Below, in pieces: positions 34,713-43,391 of a DNA stretch of 64,000 nucleotides. This DNA comes from Verrucomicrobiia bacterium. Its GTDB lineage: Bacteria > Pseudomonadota > Gammaproteobacteria > Nevskiales > Nevskiaceae. Position numbers and translations under genes: made by a program. The DNA lies in assembly GCA_035526825.1 (NCBI GenBank), contig DATLBT010000012.1, positions 1,414 through 65,413 on the forward strand. The letters run 5' to 3'. Position 1 is the stretch's first letter. Each line of letters starts with the position of its first letter. A model generated the notes under the pieces. That model searched no databases. It was not told the origin of the DNA and saw only the letters and a program-made list of their open reading frames with translations.

Positions 34713-36167
34713 TCAAGAGATCGCAACCAGCAGCAGGGCCGCCAGTGCGGCCAGCACGGCTACCGGCAGCAGGTTGAGCACATGCGGCGCGCTCACTCGG
34801 TACAGAAGTTCGTCGATTGCGCCGACTCGCCGAAGCCACCCCGGCCTGTGCTGTGGCAGCACTGTGACGTCGGGCTCGACCAGCTGCGCGGCTCGTCGGC
34901 CGCTCTCGACAGCCGCTTCGATGCTCCAGACGTCAGCGGCAGTCCGGGTGTGTGCGCCGGCCAGCAGCAGGTTGGGCACCGGGGTCGCCTGGGTCGGCTG
35001 CCACGGTTGGGTATGGGTGGTATTGACCCACTTCGGCTGCTTTGGTCGGATGCCGTCGGGTGAGAAAATCCACTCGTGCCAGACTTCGATCTGCCGGATC
35101 GGAAACTCTGCTAGCGACCTGCCACCGTTACCTTCGCGGATCAGCGCATCGAGTGCGCCACAGCGCAAGAGCTGCGCCTTGACCTCCTCGATGAATTGCG
35201 GCTCGGTGCAACGTTCCACCGGCACGCCGTACAGCCGACCCGGCACGCTGGACACACAGGAGGTTCCGGTCCATAGCGACCCGTTGCCCTCACCGAGGTC
35301 GACGTCCCTGGCCCAGACCTGATCCTCGGCGAACAACGTCAGGTTGAACTCGGAATCGGCAACCACGAGAGCGCAGCGTTTGCGCGGCCAGCGGATGCGT
35401 TCGGCGAACGCGATGCGGAACGAAACCTGGGTATGTGGGCCGTCCTGGATCAGCGGCTGGAACAGGCACAGCTGGTCGAGCCGGGCGAGCGCCGGCGTGC
35501 GCTGGATGATCTCGGCCGCCGCAAACGGATTGGTCGCCAACACATGAATCGCTGCCTCGACCCGTGCACCCGATTCCAGGTGCGCGCCGCTGATCCGGGT
35601 GCCGTCGTAGTCGAAGTGATGCAGCTTCTGTTGCCCATGGAACTGCACACCGCTGGTAACCAGGTGCCGCAACCAATGTTCGAACCAGAATTCGCTGCTT
35701 GGACCGCGCAGCAACAGCCAGCCGGAACCTGCACCGTGGCTCCAGGCTGGGCCCTGCGCATCAGCTGGGTGTGGATGCGCCGGCTTGCTGGTCAACTGCT
35801 TGAGAAAAAACTGGCCTGCCTGGTGCAATGAGACGCGGGTCCAGTCGCAACCGATCCACGGGCCGAAGCAGGCAACCCAGGTCGACCATGCGGTCGGGGT
35901 CAGCAGTGGCCGCCACTGCGCGGCGGCGTTCAGGCCCGAATAGTGCTCGACACTGCGCCGGTTCGCCGTCCACGTCTTCAGCATCAGCCAGGCCCAGCGC
36001 AGCCGGTCGCGCCGGGTCATGCGAAACATCTTGCAGACATCGACCATCCATCCAGCGATGTCGTCGAATTCGGCTTTACCGTGGTCCGGCGCAACCCCGA
36101 AATCGATTGGCCGCGACAGCGCGCAGTCATACACGCTGCCGCCATCCGCGAAAGGAATCTGCCGCAT
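34713..36167 (-). CDS. FAD-dependent oxidoreductase (amine oxidase/phytoene desaturase superfamily), apparently missing its N-terminal dinucleotide-binding segment
   Basis: The C-terminal signature LLLAGAHTRTAADVWSIEAAVESGRRAA is typical of the family. No GxGxxG is present. The open frame stops at a TAG about 27 nt upstream of the ATG, next to an unrelated lower-GC fragment. Confidence 0.5.
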   Translation of the reverse strand: MRQIPFADGGSVYDCALSRPIDFGVAPDHGKAEFDDIAGWMVDVCKMFRMTRRDRLRWAWLMLKTWTANRRSVEHYSGLNAAAQWRPLLTPTAWSTWVACFGPWIGCDWTRVSLHQAGQFFLKQLTSKPAHPHPADAQGPAWSHGAGSGWLLLRGPSSEFWFEHWLRHLVTSGVQFHGQQKLHHFDYDGTRISGAHLESGARVEAAIHVLATNPFAAAEIIQRTPALARLDQLCLFQPLIQDGPHTQVSFRIAFAERIRWPRKRCALVVADSEFNLTLFAEDQVWARDVDLGEGNGSLWTGTSCVSSVPGRLYGVPVERCTEPQFIEEVKAQLLRCGALDALIREGNGGRSLAEFPIRQIEVWHEWIFSPDGIRPKQPKWVNTTHTQPWQPTQATPVPNLLLAGAHTRTAADVWSIEAAVESGRRAAQLVEPDVTVLPQHRPGWLRRVGAIDELLYRVSAPHVLNLLPVAVLAALAALLLVAIS

Positions 36168-36405
36168 CAGGTCGAAGGTGTTGTGGTACCAAGGCTACCG
36201 AGTACCAGGGACTACGCGGACGTGATTGAACGTGGCGGTTATTCAACTCAAGAAATCGAAGCCATGCGAAGTTGCGGCCAGAAGTTCTACGAGACACAAC
36301 GACGAGATTTCTTCTTCGGCAATGTTGAAAGCACTCGCAAGTGAATGTGGCAGGCGCAATAGGGTCGCAGCCAACTGCGCGTTCCCATTAGAGCTGCTCT
36401 GTGTT

Positions 36406-37026
36406 TCATGGCTCTCCGAATAGGCACGTCTGCATCGTCGCCGGAACCAGATCCGGTTCGAAGTCCGGATCGTCGAGTCGTGGATCGTCATCGGACAGGT
36501 CGTCCCAGCCCTGATCCATCACGACCGTCGCGCGTTCCCGCCGCAACGGCAGGCTGGCCCGATCGAAGCATTGGCGGACAAGGCTGGCCTCGAGCTGTTC
36601 CGCAATGCCGACCCATCGCGGATCGGGATCGATCCGGCAGTCGGGGTCGAGGTACCCGGTGTCCCCTCGGGGATGCCAATGGTTGAAGAACACAAGGTAG
36701 TAGTCCGCGACCCGGCTGACCTTCAGCCACAACGCGACGTACACCCGGTCGTGCTGGCGAATCCAGTCGATCTTGCTCGCGTTGTCCATGCGCCACAGCC
36801 ACGTCGCGAAATCCGGCGCCATGGCATCGGTGATGACGCGCTCCCTGGCAAGCCGGGGCGGAGCGAAGGTGGATTCCACGCGCATCCCGGTCGTGCGCAC
36901 GAACGCTTCCAGGGCCGCGTCGAGCCGATCGTCCTGCGCATTGGCGCCCAATGCCGACATATCGGCGTCCCAGGCCACGCCGCCGGGATAGACAATCCTC
37001 AGTCGGTGCTCCAACCAGGTTTCCAA
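36406..37026 (-). CDS. Hypothetical protein (206 aa), last gene of the SAH operon
   Basis: Same strand, 24 nt downstream of the preceding ORF. Acidic C-terminus. No recognisable domain. Confidence 0.5.
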   Translation of the reverse strand: METWLEHRLRIVYPGGVAWDADMSALGANAQDDRLDAALEAFVRTTGMRVESTFAPPRLARERVITDAMAPDFATWLWRMDNASKIDWIRQHDRVYVALWLKVSRVADYYLVFFNHWHPRGDTGYLDPDCRIDPDPRWVGIAEQLEASLVRQCFDRASLPLRRERATVVMDQGWDDLSDDDPRLDDPDFEPDLVPATMQTCLFGEP

Positions 37027-37049
37027 GACAGGCCCCCGTTATTCCTGGC

Positions 37050-37346
37050 TCACGCGCACTCGTCAGGCAAATCGGCGACCTGCGCATCCCACCAGGGACG
37101 AAGTGCCAACTGGACGAAGGCCTCCATCACATCCGGCAGCAGTGAATGCGCGCCCTCCTCGAGCTGCAGGCGACATAGCGTGCGAAATACGTCCAGCTGC
37201 ATCGGCGTAAGGGTGCGTATGACCGGCGTGGTCAGGCACAGCGCGATGGCCACGGCGCTGGAGCTGCCATCGACGGAAATGCGCGCACTCCCGCGCGGCA
37301 AGCCGTCACCGCTGGTTTCCAGCCACTGGGCAACGGACATGCCCAT
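37050..37346 (-). CDS. Hypothetical protein (98 aa)
   Basis: The ATG at 37346 lies 2 nt after the SAH stop (TGAAATG), with GGAGGA 8 nt upstream. Confidence 0.45.
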   Translation of the reverse strand: MGMSVAQWLETSGDGLPRGSARISVDGSSSAVAIALCLTTPVIRTLTPMQLDVFRTLCRLQLEEGAHSLLPDVMEAFVQLALRPWWDAQVADLPDECA

Positions 37347-37347
37347 T

Positions 37348-37917
37348 TCAGGATCCTCCGGGACGGTGGGCGTACTCGGCGTCAAACAGGGCTTCGAGAA
37401 CGCCGTGCGTTCCTCGCACCTGATCGATGACCAGCCTGGCCCAGTCGAAGTAGGCCTGCCGCCTTTCGAGCGACCAATCCGCGGGTGGCGTCGCGTTGAT
37501 GTCGCGCAGGTTCGCGATCTTGTCGGCCAATTTCACCAGCCTGGCAGACGGAGATGCCTGTGCGGCATGTTCGACCTGGAGGCGCTTGCGCTCCTCCTTC
37601 GGCAACGACTTGTCGTCACTGACGGCTTCGACATGAGCCAGGACATCCGGGCCGAAGGCGTTACGGATCTTGGTGCGCCCTTCCTCCAGCGTCGGCTGGC
37701 CGGGACCCCCGCAGCAGTCTTCCAGGTAGTCATGCAACGCCGCAGCGCACAGGACGTCTTCGTCCTCGACCGATCCTTCGACGGCAAGGATCCTGACCAG
37801 CGCAATGGGGTGGTTGATATAGGGCGATGCCTCAGCATCCTTCCGCCGCTGGTTCCGGTGGGCATCCGCAGCGAACCCCAGGGCATCGATGACGATCGCC
37901 AGGGAACCCGTATCCAT
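37348..37917 (-). CDS. HD-domain (p)ppGpp hydrolase, small alarmone hydrolase (SpoT/Mesh1-like)
   Basis: FAADAHRNQRRKDAEASPYINHPIALV plus AAALHDYLED (HD motif) plus VKLADKIANLRD. This matches the RelA/SpoT hydrolase domain, and there is no synthetase domain. Confidence 0.75.
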   Translation of the reverse strand: MDTGSLAIVIDALGFAADAHRNQRRKDAEASPYINHPIALVRILAVEGSVEDEDVLCAAALHDYLEDCCGGPGQPTLEEGRTKIRNAFGPDVLAHVEAVSDDKSLPKEERKRLQVEHAAQASPSARLVKLADKIANLRDINATPPADWSLERRQAYFDWARLVIDQVRGTHGVLEALFDAEYAHRPGGS

Positions 37918-38235
37918 GTCGCCTCCGGCTTCGTTTGGACTATGGAATTATGCGACTGCCCGGTCTCAAGCCACGAGATTGGGGCGCTGGACCTTCTCGA
38001 CCAAAATTCCAACTCGGGTTGATCAGGGCGCCAGTGCTGATCCACTTCCGGGAAGGCGACCGCGTGGGAGACCTGCAACCAGTACTCGGAGCACATCCGG
38101 CGCGGATCGACGGCGGCACGCCGGGCCTGCAACAGATGGATCGCCCAGGCAAGGCGGCGTGAATAGATCGCCGCAGGCGCGCCACAGGTGCGGTGTTAGC
38201 GCACCATCGGCTGCTGCCATTACGTGGAGAGTTTT

Positions 38236-38463
38236 CTAGACGGCGAATGGACCGTAGGTCACATGCGTGCTCCATTCCCCGTGCGGATCCAAGACCCGAA
38301 CGGCGCTGGGCTCGTGCCACTCTTCCCAATGTCTGCGGCAGCGTTGCCTCGCCAAGGACAGTGCCTCATCTTGGGTAGGTACAGACTGGATTCGTTCTTT
38401 CGCGCTGAGGATCTCCCATTGCCCGGTCGAAGGTATCCGCCGCACGTAGAAGGTGTATTCCAT
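38236..38463 (-). CDS. Small DUF2188-like protein
   Basis: 75 aa. The GQWEILSAKERIQSVPTQDEALSLARQRC pattern resembles DUF2188 (W-x-V ... S-x-H-x-T-x-x-E-A-I-x-x-A-R). Confidence 0.45.
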   Translation of the reverse strand: MEYTFYVRRIPSTGQWEILSAKERIQSVPTQDEALSLARQRCRRHWEEWHEPSAVRVLDPHGEWSTHVTYGPFAV

Positions 38464-38649
38464 GGCATTAGTACGGCGCTGTACGAAGAGGATCCTGGAT
38501 CCACATTGTCAAGTGGCTTCGGACCGCGCGTCAAAGGGCGGAGTGGTGGCGAAGAAGTGCGGCAACCTCCTGCGGGAGAGTAGTTTCCTGCCGATTTCAT
38601 GGCGACACGCCAGGACGCATCCACTGCAGTCGGATGTTAGGGGGCATTT

Positions 38650-39000
38650 TTCGGATTCACTTCAACCTGAAATTCGCTGCGTGAATGACGGCCCTTTATA
38701 TTTTTTGTCTCGGCTGCGATGAGGGCCGCGAAAGCGACAGAGCCAGGCATAACCATTCCACCAAGCCCTGCGACGCGCGTCCGACTCGTGGGTCGGCGAG
38801 CCCGGCATTTATTTCAGTGTTCAGGCGCATGGTGATTTCTGGCGGCGAGCCGCGTGGTGCGTCAATGCCGAACCATGAGCCTGCCTCTTACCCTGGAGGA
38901 AAACGCTCATTGGTGGTACCGGCATTAGTGCCTCCGAGCGCTTCGACGTAGTCACGGCAAGGGGCCTCGTCGGCACAGCTGGCGGCGACAAGCGGCTTAG
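38650..39000 (-). pseudogene. Decayed 3' fragment of a Bug/TctC-family binding protein gene
   Basis: The minus-strand reading EAGSWFGIDAPRGSPPEITMRLNTEINAGLADPRV matches the C-terminus of the intact Bug protein (EADSWFGIGAPCGTPSSIIARLNTEINAGLADAEI). It carries an in-frame TAA at the Tyr codon (GGGTAAGAG versus GGGTACGAG) and a later frameshift. Confidence 0.6.
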
Positions 39001-39272
39001 TCGCGGAGAGAAAAGACGGGGTACCCGTCAGTGAGTACCGCTCTACGTCATGGATAATGAACGGGCGGTGCAGGATTGTGAGCAGGACGTCAAATGTTTG
39101 GCAGCACCAGACCATCGCCGAGGTGTATTCCCGAAATCGCGTTCCGGCGGCAACCCAGTGCCGCCCGTCGGATTCGATTAAGGGCTGGGAATTCGAGCGG
39201 CGAATGGCAGGCACCAGGGAAGCCCTCCTGTTCTGCCGAGGGCATTGCAATTTCCCTTCCTTGATCCTTGAA

Positions 39273-41981
39273 ATGGCAAGTGGGGCGGTTGTATACGGAG
39301 GAATGGTCGCCAAGCTCACATCGCCGCTGCCCGCAGACGAGTCCGCCCGGCTGGCGGACCTGGCCTCGTTCCGGGTCATCGACACTGCGGCAGAGCGCGA
39401 TCTGGACGAGATCGCGGCACTCGCGGCCCAGATTTGCGCCACGCCCATCGCGACGATCACGTTCGTTGATCGCGACCGGCAATGGTTCAAGGCCAAGGTC
39501 GGGCTCGACATCGACCAGACGGCGCGGGAGATCGCCTTTTGTGCCCACACCGTGCTGGAGGAGGAAGCACTTGTCGTGTGCGACGCGCGGGTGGACGCGC
39601 GATTCGCCGACAACCCACTGGTCACCGGGGAACCGCACCTGCGCTTTTATGCCGGCTTTCCTCTGGTTACCTCCGAGGGGTCCGCGATTGGCACGCTCGC
39701 CGTCATGGATCGCATTCCGCGCCAGCTCGAACCGCACCAGCACTTTGCCTTGCGGGTGATGGCCAAGCAAGTCGTGAAATGGCTGGAGCTGCGCCGCGCG
39801 GTGCTTGGACTCGAAGATGCCGCCACTGAGCGCGAAAGGGTCAACCGCGAACTGACGCGGGCCAAGCGTGCCCTTGAAAAGGAAGTCTCGAGCAAATCGA
39901 GGGCCCTGGACCGGGCCACGACCGATCACAGCAGGGTCGAGCGCCTGTACCGAGCACTGTGGGAAACCACCACCGACGCCGTCCTGATCGTGGATCGCGC
40001 CAGCATCATCCGCTTCGCGAGTCCCAGTTCGGAAGTGATGTTCGGGCATCCACCCGAATCCCTCGTAGGCCACCCCCTTTCCATCGTTCAACCGGAGCGA
40101 TTGCGCGCGTTGCACGAAGCCGGCATGGCTCGCTACTTGCAGAGCGGCATTCGCCGCCTGGACTGGCGTTCGACCGAGGCCGTAGCGCTGACACGAAGCG
40201 GTACCGAGATTCCCGTCGAGATTGCATTTTCGGAAATGGACCTCGACGGCACGGCACATTTCGTCGGCATGTTCCGCGACATCACCGACCGCAAGCGGTC
40301 GGCACAGGTATTGTTTGAAGAGAAGGAGCGAGCCCAGGCGACATTGCGGGCCATCGCCGACGGCGTCATCGTCGTCGACGAAATCGGGCGCATAACATTC
40401 ATGAACCCGATGGCGGAAGCGCTGACCGGGTGGCGCGCCGAGGAGGCCATCGGTCGCAGCCATGATGAGGTGCTGGTCTTCGTCGGGCCCGATGGCGACC
40501 AGCCAATCGTGTTCGGTCCGTTACCCGACGAGGCCGATGTGGCGGTGCCGCTCGTCGACAAGCCGCTTCTGCTCGTGCGCAACACGGGCCAGACGCTATC
40601 GATCGAAGGCAACATCACCCGGCTGCGCGATCACACCGGTCGCCGGGCCGGCTCGGTGGTCGCCTTCCGGGACGTTTCCCAATGGCGGCAGCTTACCGCG
40701 CAGTTGTCGCACCAGGCCGCGCACGATTCGCTGACCGGACTGGTCAATCGCGCGGAGCTCGAGCGTCGGCTGCAGCACGCCATCGACGCCGGCCCGCAGG
40801 TCGGCGATGCCCATTCACTGCTGTACCTGGATCTCGACCAGTTCAAAGTCATCAATGACACGTGCGGGCACATCGCCGGCGACGAGTTGTTGCGCCAGCT
40901 GTCCGTCATGCTGCGGGCACAACTGCGCAGCCATGACACCCTGGCCCGCCTGGGCGGGGACGAGTTTGGCGTCCTGCTCGAGGACTGCCCGCCGGAGCGT
41001 GCGCTCGCAATCGCCGAAAAGCTGCGGCACGCGATCGCGGAATTTCCCTTCATCTGGGAAGGGCTGCAATTTTCCGTCGGCGTGAGCGTGGGCCACGTCA
41101 GTTTCGCCGACCGGTCGATGACGCTGGGCGAGATCCTCAGCAAGGCGGACGAGGCCTGCTACCTGGCCAAGGACCTGGGGCGAAACCGCATCCACAGCTA
41201 CCAGCCCGGCGACGAGGAACTTGCCAAGCGGCATGGCGAGATGGAGTGGGTGGGCCTGATCCGCAAGGCGCTGAAGGAGGATCGCTTCGTCCTTTACGTA
41301 CAACCGATCGTCGATCTGCAGGACCCGGCGACCCCCCCGCATTTCGAAGTCCTGCTTCGCTTGCGCGGTGAAACCGGCGAACTGGTTCCGCCCATGAATT
41401 TCATTCCGGCCGCCGAACGCTACAACCTGATGCCAGCCATCGATCGTTGGGTCATCGCACAGGTTTGTCGTCACCTCGGTTCCGAGACAACAGGACCGGA
41501 GCGCCATTGCACCAACTACGCCATCAACCTCTCCGGCGGTTCGGTAACCGATGCGCACCTCGCGGACTATGTGGGCGAACAGCTAGCCGGCAATGGCGTA
41601 CAAGGAAGCCGCATCTGCTTCGAGATCACCGAGACCGCGGCCATCGGTAATTTGACCCATGCCGTCAAGCTTATGCATTCGCTCAAGGCACTGGGGTGTC
41701 GCTTTGCCCTCGACGATTTCGGTAGCGGCATGTCGTCGTTCGCCTACCTGAAGAGCCTGCCGGTCGACCTGCTCAAGATCGATGGCGGGTTCGTGCGCAA
41801 TATCCTCGAAAATCCGGTGGACAGGGCAATGGTTGCTTCCATCCATCAGATTGGCGAACTGATGGGTCTGCAGACCGTGGCCGAGTTCGTCGAGAACGAG
41901 CACATCGCGGCAGAGTTGCGTCTGATCGGCGTGAACTACGGTCAAGGATACGGGCTCGGTAGGCCTGTCCCCCTCGAATAA
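39273..41981 (+). CDS. GAF-PAS-PAS-GGDEF-EAL c-di-GMP signalling protein
   Basis: N-terminal GAF (FVDRDRQWFKAKVGLD ... YAGFPLVTSEGSAIGTLAVMD), two PAS segments, GGDEF (LARLGGDEFGVLL) and EAL (HFEVLLRL ... FEITETAAI ... DDFGSGMSSFAYLK). Start uncertain (39273 or 39303). Confidence 0.9.
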   Translation: MASGAVVYGGMVAKLTSPLPADESARLADLASFRVIDTAAERDLDEIAALAAQICATPIATITFVDRDRQWFKAKVGLDIDQTAREIAFCAHTVLEEEALVVCDARVDARFADNPLVTGEPHLRFYAGFPLVTSEGSAIGTLAVMDRIPRQLEPHQHFALRVMAKQVVKWLELRRAVLGLEDAATERERVNRELTRAKRALEKEVSSKSRALDRATTDHSRVERLYRALWETTTDAVLIVDRASIIRFASPSSEVMFGHPPESLVGHPLSIVQPERLRALHEAGMARYLQSGIRRLDWRSTEAVALTRSGTEIPVEIAFSEMDLDGTAHFVGMFRDITDRKRSAQVLFEEKERAQATLRAIADGVIVVDEIGRITFMNPMAEALTGWRAEEAIGRSHDEVLVFVGPDGDQPIVFGPLPDEADVAVPLVDKPLLLVRNTGQTLSIEGNITRLRDHTGRRAGSVVAFRDVSQWRQLTAQLSHQAAHDSLTGLVNRAELERRLQHAIDAGPQVGDAHSLLYLDLDQFKVINDTCGHIAGDELLRQLSVMLRAQLRSHDTLARLGGDEFGVLLEDCPPERALAIAEKLRHAIAEFPFIWEGLQFSVGVSVGHVSFADRSMTLGEILSKADEACYLAKDLGRNRIHSYQPGDEELAKRHGEMEWVGLIRKALKEDRFVLYVQPIVDLQDPATPPHFEVLLRLRGETGELVPPMNFIPAAERYNLMPAIDRWVIAQVCRHLGSETTGPERHCTNYAINLSGGSVTDAHLADYVGEQLAGNGVQGSRICFEITETAAIGNLTHAVKLMHSLKALGCRFALDDFGSGMSSFAYLKSLPVDLLKIDGGFVRNILENPVDRAMVASIHQIGELMGLQTVAEFVENEHIAAELRLIGVNYGQGYGLGRPVPLE

Positions 41982-42114
41982 GGTTGGGTGTTGGCTATGG
42001 CCTATCGCGCAAGGATCCATGCCCGGCGGCCCGTATAGGAGTAGAAGGGATGAAGCACATGGCCGAGCGAACCCGGTCGTGGGCTGGAACGCGTCAGACT
42101 CCGTGGAACCAGCC

Positions 42115-43092
42115 ATGACTATCGCTCGTCGCCGCTTCCTCCAGATTGCCGTAGGCGCGCTCGGCTCAAGCTTTGTGTACAAAGCGGCAGTGGCTGAGAC
42201 CTACCCGTCCCGGACGGTCCGGCTGCTCGTTGGCTTTCCTGGTGGCGGTCCGGTGGACATTGCCGGACGCACGATTGGCGCATGGCTCTCCGCCAGGCTT
42301 GGTCAACCGTGCATCGTGGAGAACCAACCCGGCGAAAGCGGCAACATCGCCACGCGCGCGGTGGTCAATGCCGCCGCGGACGGCTACACACTCCTCGTGT
42401 GCGGTCCTGTGAACGTGATCAATGCTGAGTTGTTCGATGGAATTGATTTCGACTTTGGGCGAGACGTTGCCGCCGTCGCCGGGCTGTACCGCGTCCCTCT
42501 CGTCGTCGAGGTCAACCCTTCCCTGCCGATCAGCACAGTTCCGGAGTTCCTGACCTACGCAAGGGCGAAGCCCGGCAGGCTTAAGGTGGCCTACGCTGGG
42601 ATAGGCACGCCCCAGCACTTGGGCATCGAACTCTTCAAGGCCATGGCTGGCGTCAATCTCTCCCTCGTGCCCTACGCTGGATCAACACCCGCACTCGAAG
42701 CGCTACTCGCCGGAGAGGCCGACGCGATGTTCGACCCGATGCCTTCGAGTATCGGGTTTATCAACAGCGGCAGATTGAGACCCCTTGCCGTCACCACGTC
42801 GGGGCGCTCGGAGGCACTACCCCAGGTCCCACCTATGAGCGATTTCGTTCCTGGGTACGAGGCAGACTCATGGTTTGGCATTGGCGCTCCCTGCGGGACG
42901 CCCTCGTCAATCATTGCGCGACTGAACACGGAGATTAATGCCGGGCTCGCCGACGCGGAGATTCGGTCGCGCGTCGCACAGCTTGGTGGAATGGTTATGC
43001 CCGGCTCTCCTGCCGCTTTCGCGGCCTTCTTGGCAGCTGAGACTGAAAAGTACAGGACCATCATCCGCGCAGCGAACATCAGTGTGCAATGA
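42115..43092 (+). CDS. Bug-family (TctC) tripartite tricarboxylate transporter substrate-binding protein
   Basis: Tat-like signal (MTIARRRFLQIAVGALG), then the hallmark YPSRTVRLLVGFPGGGPVDIAGR and the C-terminal SWFGIGAP.GTP motif. Confidence 0.85.
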   Translation: MTIARRRFLQIAVGALGSSFVYKAAVAETYPSRTVRLLVGFPGGGPVDIAGRTIGAWLSARLGQPCIVENQPGESGNIATRAVVNAAADGYTLLVCGPVNVINAELFDGIDFDFGRDVAAVAGLYRVPLVVEVNPSLPISTVPEFLTYARAKPGRLKVAYAGIGTPQHLGIELFKAMAGVNLSLVPYAGSTPALEALLAGEADAMFDPMPSSIGFINSGRLRPLAVTTSGRSEALPQVPPMSDFVPGYEADSWFGIGAPCGTPSSIIARLNTEINAGLADAEIRSRVAQLGGMVMPGSPAAFAAFLAAETEKYRTIIRAANISVQ

Positions 43093-43391
43093 TCCGACGT
43101 GCGGCTGCAGCGGAGCGCGCCGATCAGCGTCCGCTTGCTCGCATCGTGGCTTTTGCGAACGAACCTCATTGACCACGTCCTGCTTGGCCTGACGAGGTAT
43201 TCAATGCTCCGTGCCGCGACGTTTTGGTGTTCGTGTCGGCAACATCGACCACGAGAATCACCTCAATTCGCCAGCGGTGGTGCCGTAGCGAGAAGCTAGG
43301 ATGCTCTCCAAGCCTGGACCCATGCAGCTGGGCTCCGACCTGCGGCGCTTCCGGAGTGCAACGGTACGATGACCTAAGTGGAACCTCGAGG

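Noticed and set aside
36455-36466. GGTTCGAAGTCC, a tRNA T-arm-like sequence
   Set aside because: It lies inside a well-supported minus-strand ORF (36406..37026). No acceptor or anticodon stems can be built around it. I found no tRNA gene anywhere in the window.
38888-39625. 245-aa minus-strand ORF overlapping the start of the GGDEF-EAL gene
   Set aside because: It is Ser/Ala/Arg-rich low-complexity sequence antisense to a strongly supported gene. Only its last ~35 codons are meaningful, as part of the decayed Bug-family fragment.
38650-43092. Possibility that inverted Bug-gene copies flank and mobilise the GGDEF-EAL gene
   Set aside because: The left copy is a diverged, nonsense- and frameshift-bearing fragment of a different Bug paralogue, not a recent duplicate of 42115..43092. 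No extended identical inverted repeats are visible.
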